Part shown: in pieces, positions 59,125 through 64,000 of the stretch
Layout: the number at the start of each line of letters is the position of its first letter
Numbering within the stretch: position 1 is the first letter of the stretch
NCBI GenBank assembly: GCA_008632985.1
Contig: QPGO01000191.1
Coordinates: 1-64,000, forward strand
DNA from: Psammoneis japonica
Taxonomy: Eukaryota
Reading direction: 5' to 3'
DNA length: 64,000 nt
Notes under the pieces: generated by a model
Database searches by the model: none
What the model was told of the DNA's origin: nothing
Seen by the model: only the letters and a program-made list of their open reading frames with translations
Translations under genes and position numbers: made by a program

Positions 59125-59637
59125 TCACACTTGTTGTCGCTTCTGACCTCGCAGTCGAGCTTCAGCTTCTATCCGGACAGGTTCCAGCTCGAGTCTTGCA
59201 AATTCCTTGGCCGCCAATTTTCGAAAGCATGGACTGCACAAGGAAATCATAAATCTCGTAATGGCACGGTTGGGAGACGCCCCAAAACTGCCAATCAAAA
59301 AGCAGCTCTTCGAATCGATAGCCTTGAGAGTCAATGTATACGTGCTGGTGCAGCTTTCGACAAAAGAAATGGAACATTCGTCGTCGTTGGGTGTAGAAGA
59401 AATGGCCGAGACAACCTTGATATCCACCTTGCCACCTTGCCGTACAGCTCGAAACTTGTCGTTGAGTTGAATAGGATCGGCATGATCATTTGTTTCTCCA
59501 CCCTCTTTTCCGACTCGTTCAATGCTGAGATAGGTGGGATTGTACTCTGGGAGAGACTCGAAATCTTGAATCACGTCCCAGACAATGGCCAGAGGCGCTT
59601 GCACTTGGAGAGTCACAGCTGCCGTCAATTGCACCAT
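59125..59637 (-). CDS. SRPBCC/polyketide cyclase-like protein
   Basis: N-terminal signature VQAPLAIVWDVIQDFESLPEYNP and a C-terminal helix. Confidence 0.75.
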   Translation of the reverse strand: MVQLTAAVTLQVQAPLAIVWDVIQDFESLPEYNPTYLSIERVGKEGGETNDHADPIQLNDKFRAVRQGGKVDIKVVSAISSTPNDDECSISFVESCTSTYTLTLKAIDSKSCFLIGSFGASPNRAITRFMISLCSPCFRKLAAKEFARLELEPVRIEAEARLRGQKRQQV

Positions 59638-59884
59638 GCTTCTTTGTTGCTTTTAATCCTTTTACGTAAGAGCAATGTGAAAGATATTCAACTAAAGATA
59701 GGAACCTCCTTGAATTCTCTGGCGGCGTTCACAGTAGTAGTTGTTGTTGTCGTTACATTGTGAATTTGCTCGGGCGGTTTTGAGAAAGTTCAAACGAGCC
59801 CATGTGGGCCGCGGCAATAGCTGTTGGCTTTGTGACAGCTTGTTGGTGTCACCAAAAATTTGTTCCGACAGAACATTGGGTACA

Positions 59885-60844
59885 ATGACGACCGCCCGTG
59901 CTGGATTTTTGGATATGGGGCTTGGATCAAACATAGCTATAGTGTTTATTGCTTGTGGCGCTTTTTTCGATAACGTCGACGCCTTTTCTGTTGGCAGACG
60001 CTCAAGATCTGCAAGAGTTGAACACCGCATTATCGCGTGGGGAAATCGCCACGACGCTCTCACTTTTGACGAGCGCAACAACAAGCTGACGCCAATACAG
60101 TCCAAACCTCCCGTGCTGTGGAATGATGAAGATGAAGATTCTTGGAAAGAGTGGCATTATTCCTTTTCGAGGAACGGATTCACCGACTTTCTACCACAAT
60201 TCTCAGAGAATTTGAATTGTCTTTTGGTTGGAGATATGTTGGACAACGTCAATAGTAGAAGTCGTCTCCCGTGGGACCAGCATCAGCAAGCAAAGGTTAA
60301 AACACGCTTTCTAATAGAGGAAACTCAAGAGTTCGACGATCGTGATCAAAAAGATTGGTGTGCTGCAGAAAAGAAGCTTTCCAATGACGACGGCAAGCAG
60401 CTTTCAGCAACAGAAGGTGTCTCCGCTAGCCCACTCGTTGCCTCCAAAACCACTTCCATGGTTCACAATGATGCTATCGAACCCTCGTATGATTGTATTT
60501 TGGACAGAGGTTTGGCAAACGCCATACTTTCCAATGGAGACGCGCTTGGAAGTGACGATTTGGACGCGTTGATGGAGCAAGCCAGTGAAGCGATATGCTA
60601 CAATGGTATTTATGTAATGCTTACCAACCACTTGCTATCGGCAGAAACAAAGGATCATCTCACTAGGGTTGGAGAGACGCTTGGTATGCAATGGAAGTTT
60701 GATCTGGACGGGATTTCAAACGAGAGCATCAGCGTGTCGGTAGCACGAAAGTATTTCAATGGCGAGTTGCCTTCGTTTGGGCGCCTTGCGACTGCTGATC
60801 GTAGTCCATCACATCATTCACTTCGTGAAGGTTTAGCACCGTAA
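59885..60844 (+). CDS. Degenerate class I methyltransferase-like protein with probable plastid presequence
   Basis: Signal peptide followed by DAFSV; LNCLLVG, SYDCILDRGL and NGIYVML resemble METTL13/EEF1AKMT-like motifs. Confidence 0.5.
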   Translation: MTTARAGFLDMGLGSNIAIVFIACGAFFDNVDAFSVGRRSRSARVEHRIIAWGNRHDALTFDERNNKLTPIQSKPPVLWNDEDEDSWKEWHYSFSRNGFTDFLPQFSENLNCLLVGDMLDNVNSRSRLPWDQHQQAKVKTRFLIEETQEFDDRDQKDWCAAEKKLSNDDGKQLSATEGVSASPLVASKTTSMVHNDAIEPSYDCILDRGLANAILSNGDALGSDDLDALMEQASEAICYNGIYVMLTNHLLSAETKDHLTRVGETLGMQWKFDLDGISNESISVSVARKYFNGELPSFGRLATADRSPSHHSLREGLAP

Positions 60845-61273
60845 CTATAGAGCCTCGAGTGAATTCTGCACTGATCAGATTGCCACATTTATGTTCGTGT
60901 TTCCCTTTTGTTGCTCATACACTAGTCAACCCAAGAATTTTTGATATCCATTAGTCATCCTATATGATCCAGTTTGTTGCTTGGCCTACTCATTACTCGT
61001 TAAGCTACCGTATAATGAGTTGTTTCCTCCCCTTCAAGACTAAACCTTAACTAGCTAGGTAATGAGAATGATGATGAAATCACACCAGGTTCATCATCTC
61101 GCATATCTTCCTTTTCTTTATCTTTTTAAATATGAATACATTCATAAACTTGTCGGAGGGAAGTCCCACTTTCAAAATTTATATTATATTAGTATATTAA
61201 TATTACATTTTATGTAACGTCAGCAGGGCATATGTATAACCTTCTTTTATGTATTAGTAAATGAATAATAATA

Positions 61274-61301
61274 ACACAAATTTTGGCGCCAAAATTTGTG
61301 T
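61274..61301. promoter_or_regulatory. Perfect 28-bp palindrome containing a double E2F-like site
   Basis: ACACAAATTTTGGCGCCAAAATTTGTGT at the edge of an AT-rich tract. Confidence 0.5.
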
Positions 61302-61934
61302 CGATGTTGGTCCCCATCCATGATCCTCAATCCATGATGATGAGTCGCCTCACAAACTTGGGAGGACAAGCAACGGTGCAGGAAGGGTCATCGATTAGAG
61401 TAGAAATCTAAAAGAAGCAGGACCGGTAATCAGGTATTCGTTATCAAAGTAAGCTGTCAAAATGAATAACGAGTCCACTCGTCATGACGAGGAGATCATC
61501 GACGTCTCTCTCGGCATTGTTTTCTATGTCGATATCCTTTTTGCATATTTGCCGACGAATTTTGCAAGAATGTTTGAGAATGATCTCTTCTCAATTTTCA
61601 AGGATACTCATCGTAGCGAATAAAAAGGCTGCGTCGATTGTGCGTTGCACACGGGGATCTCATTCTGTCACGTCAGAACAGCACTTGTCTGTGTACGACC
61701 ACGGCGGTTTAGTCATCAACATCACATATTGGCGTTGACGTACAACGTCATCCTTTATTCTGTGTTGCGCATGATTATCGACTTTAAGAAGTGGGTATTG
61801 TAAGAAATGAGAGAGTTTGACACACGGTGAGTAACGCCATTGGCGTGGCACATTCGTGATGGTTGATGATGATGATTCGAGTCGTGAAAGGTGACGCGAA
61901 CTCCGCACGCAGCACTCACGACACATGACACATC

Positions 61935-62618
61935 ATGACATATTTCCAATCAACGAAACATATCGCCATGGCACTCTCATTGACGGTCTTCTTGCTCTTT
62001 ACATCGCTTTGTCAGGTTCAATCATCTGCATGTAAGGATTGCGTTGGTAAAGGATGTATATATTGCAAAAGCAACAGTGGTCAAGAGGCAAGCGGATGTG
62101 TTTGTGACGAGGAATTTGTAAGCTGTGCAAGTCACAGTCCTGGTACAGTACCATTGGATTCCAAGCTTGATTGTACATTTGATGACCCAGAGGGAGAGTC
62201 GATTTTCGCTGGACTAATGATATTTCTTGCATTGACTGTGACGGGCTGCTCCTGTGGCGTTGGATGCTGTATTTTGTGTCGAAAACGTGGCATCAATCGT
62301 GATTCGTGGCGTGTTTCTAATTTTCCTCAACAACAACAACTGCAACAAGAGCCTTATTCCATGTCAGTGACCACCCAGAGTACAACCCCTCCACCATCGA
62401 CAACAGTATATCCACCCACCAGCTCTTACAAGCACTACGTGCTACCAGAATGCAGCACACCAATGTTTGCTTCTTCTCCTACCGCGTCGGCTGTCGACAT
62501 TCGAATCCACAAATCAAACGAAAACGGATCAACAACAGCAATTCCAATGGTTCATGCTACTGTCTTGTCAGACCCAGTGAAGCCCTCGGCACCGCCAGAA
62601 GAATGCGACAAAGCTTGA
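61935..62618 (+). CDS. Single-pass membrane protein with a Cys-rich ectodomain and Pro/Ser/Thr-rich tail
   Basis: Signal peptide, CxxCxxxxCxxC, TM segment followed by a Cys cluster, PSAPP. Confidence 0.65.
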   Translation: MTYFQSTKHIAMALSLTVFLLFTSLCQVQSSACKDCVGKGCIYCKSNSGQEASGCVCDEEFVSCASHSPGTVPLDSKLDCTFDDPEGESIFAGLMIFLALTVTGCSCGVGCCILCRKRGINRDSWRVSNFPQQQQLQQEPYSMSVTTQSTTPPPSTTVYPPTSSYKHYVLPECSTPMFASSPTASAVDIRIHKSNENGSTTAIPMVHATVLSDPVKPSAPPEECDKA

Positions 62619-62896
62619 CCGAATTTCAAAAACGCCCCTGTGCATGATTGAATTGAGGGACACCGAGGGGTGTTTCAATTTAAATGTACATTTTTGCTCC
62701 TGAATAATACCCGAGGCCACTTATTTGAAGAATCCCGAGTTGATTCATAAGTTTCATAACGTTGAGGTTATCCAACGACACTCTACTCTAGCGCACCTCA
62801 CAAGTTGGCAAAGAGAGTGAGCTAGAACAAATGGTGAATCCTAGTTCCTATGGTAGAGTGTACTGTTCCTTTAATTCTAAACGTGTGACTTTGTCA

Positions 62897-62950
62897 CTCA
62901 CAACTTTGATCTCAACAGAGTCCCTCACAACTTTGATCTCAACAGAGTCC
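62897..62950. repeat. Perfect 2x27-bp tandem duplication
   Basis: ctcacaactttgatctcaacagagtcc occurs twice in tandem. Confidence 0.9.
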
Positions 62951-63354
62951 CTCTACTCTACACTCTCTAGCTAGTAGAGTAGAGCTACATTACTATGAGA
63001 GAGATAACGGGCAGGGGACACCAAACGACATCGCCAGTGAATGAGAACTCGTTGCGATCATCGGTCGTCTGCAAGACGCTCCGTACATAAATCGTTTAGA
63101 CGTACCGTACAGACAGACCGAAGCTTGTAAAGTGACGCGAGCAAGAAGTTCGGACACTCGATTATTCGACATCTTTCTGTCGAACAGCGGCCATGACAAC
63201 TGCAACGCAGCGGCATAAGGAACCCTTCTACTCTCACGCTGTTCAATATACTGACAAAGTCTTGCTTATACGTTGTACCCTGGAAAGATAAGGCTTTTGT
63301 GAAAGCGTCCAGACGAATCCGCACAACTACAGCCACAATACACACACACGCATC

Positions 63355-64000
63355 ATGGGTGCGTGTTCCTCTTCTCATCGATCGACGGATGCAGTCGTGT
63401 CAAACCAGGCGGACGTGAGGCCATTCGACTTGGACAGTGACTCTACCGATGGCTCTTCTCTCGTCCGGTACTTTGCGGATCTGCAAGCCATGGATGAATC
63501 CCGAGACTTTCATCGGGCACGATGGAGGCGGCATCCCGCAGGAATTCAGGGGCGTTCGCTCGAACAAGAACGCCAGCGACGCATGGAAATTGAGAATCTC
63601 CAACGAAGTCTCGCCGCCATGGAAGATTTCTTCCAGAGTCTCCTGGGTCAAGCGCAATTATACATGGAAGCCATGGACCCGTCGGGTGGCGGTGGGAATA
63701 ACGGTCCTCCTCCGGCTTCGGGAGACGCGCTCGACAAGTTGCCTCGCATCGCCTTGACTTGCCACGACATGGAGGACGAGGATAATCGGAGTTGTGGGAT
63801 TTGTTGTGAAACGCAGAACGTGGGTGACGCTGTGACGCGACTGCCGTGTGGACATGTCTTTCACGGCGCTTGCATCGAGGCGTGGTTGAATCGGCACTGC
63901 ACCTGTCCCATTTGCCGATACGAACTCGCCACGGATGATGAAAGCTACGAGCCCGGGCGAATTGCACGCATGGCAACAAGGAAACTAATGCCGAGCGAGT
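63355..64000 (+). CDS. RING-H2 E3 ligase, truncated by the window end
   Basis: Open frame MGACSSS...GPPPAS...CGICCE..RLPCGHVFHGACIEAWL..HCTCPICRYEL; absent from the ORF track because there is no stop in the window. Confidence 0.85.
   Translation, partial: MGACSSSHRSTDAVVSNQADVRPFDLDSDSTDGSSLVRYFADLQAMDESRDFHRARWRRHPAGIQGRSLEQERQRRMEIENLQRSLAAMEDFFQSLLGQAQLYMEAMDPSGGGGNNGPPPASGDALDKLPRIALTCHDMEDEDNRSCGICCETQNVGDAVTRLPCGHVFHGACIEAWLNRHCTCPICRYELATDDESYEPGRIARMATRKLMPSE

Overview
This is a eukaryotic genomic window, most likely from a diatom: genes carry bipartite ASAF-type plastid presequences and short GT-AG introns, and the elements resemble diatom CoDi Copia and Ambal LINE families. Ordinary genes include RNase HI, an alpha/beta hydrolase, a SNF2/RAD5-type helicase, RimM, ELP1, P5CS, a PQ-loop protein, acetolactate synthase and RING proteins. 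They alternate with sharply bounded repeat/TE blocks at about 1-2200, 5200-8600, 25100-26450 and 37650-57150. The main signal is that these blocks have lost nearly all TpA dinucleotides through directional TA->TG/CA (A:T->G:C) substitution, on top of CpG decay. A local RNase HI duplication shows this directly: in one copy Tyr codons have become Cys/His while the other copy is intact. A TSD-bounded 8-kb LINE nested in older repeats suggests TpA loss is faster than CpG loss. This resembles a repeat-targeted adenine hypermutation system, an 'inverse RIP'. A second feature is a 6-kb island flanked by 90-bp direct repeats. It carries a nucleotidyltransferase-RING gene head-to-head with an ITPase-like/metal-binding/ThyX-like fusion. 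All counts are by eye and no databases were searched.
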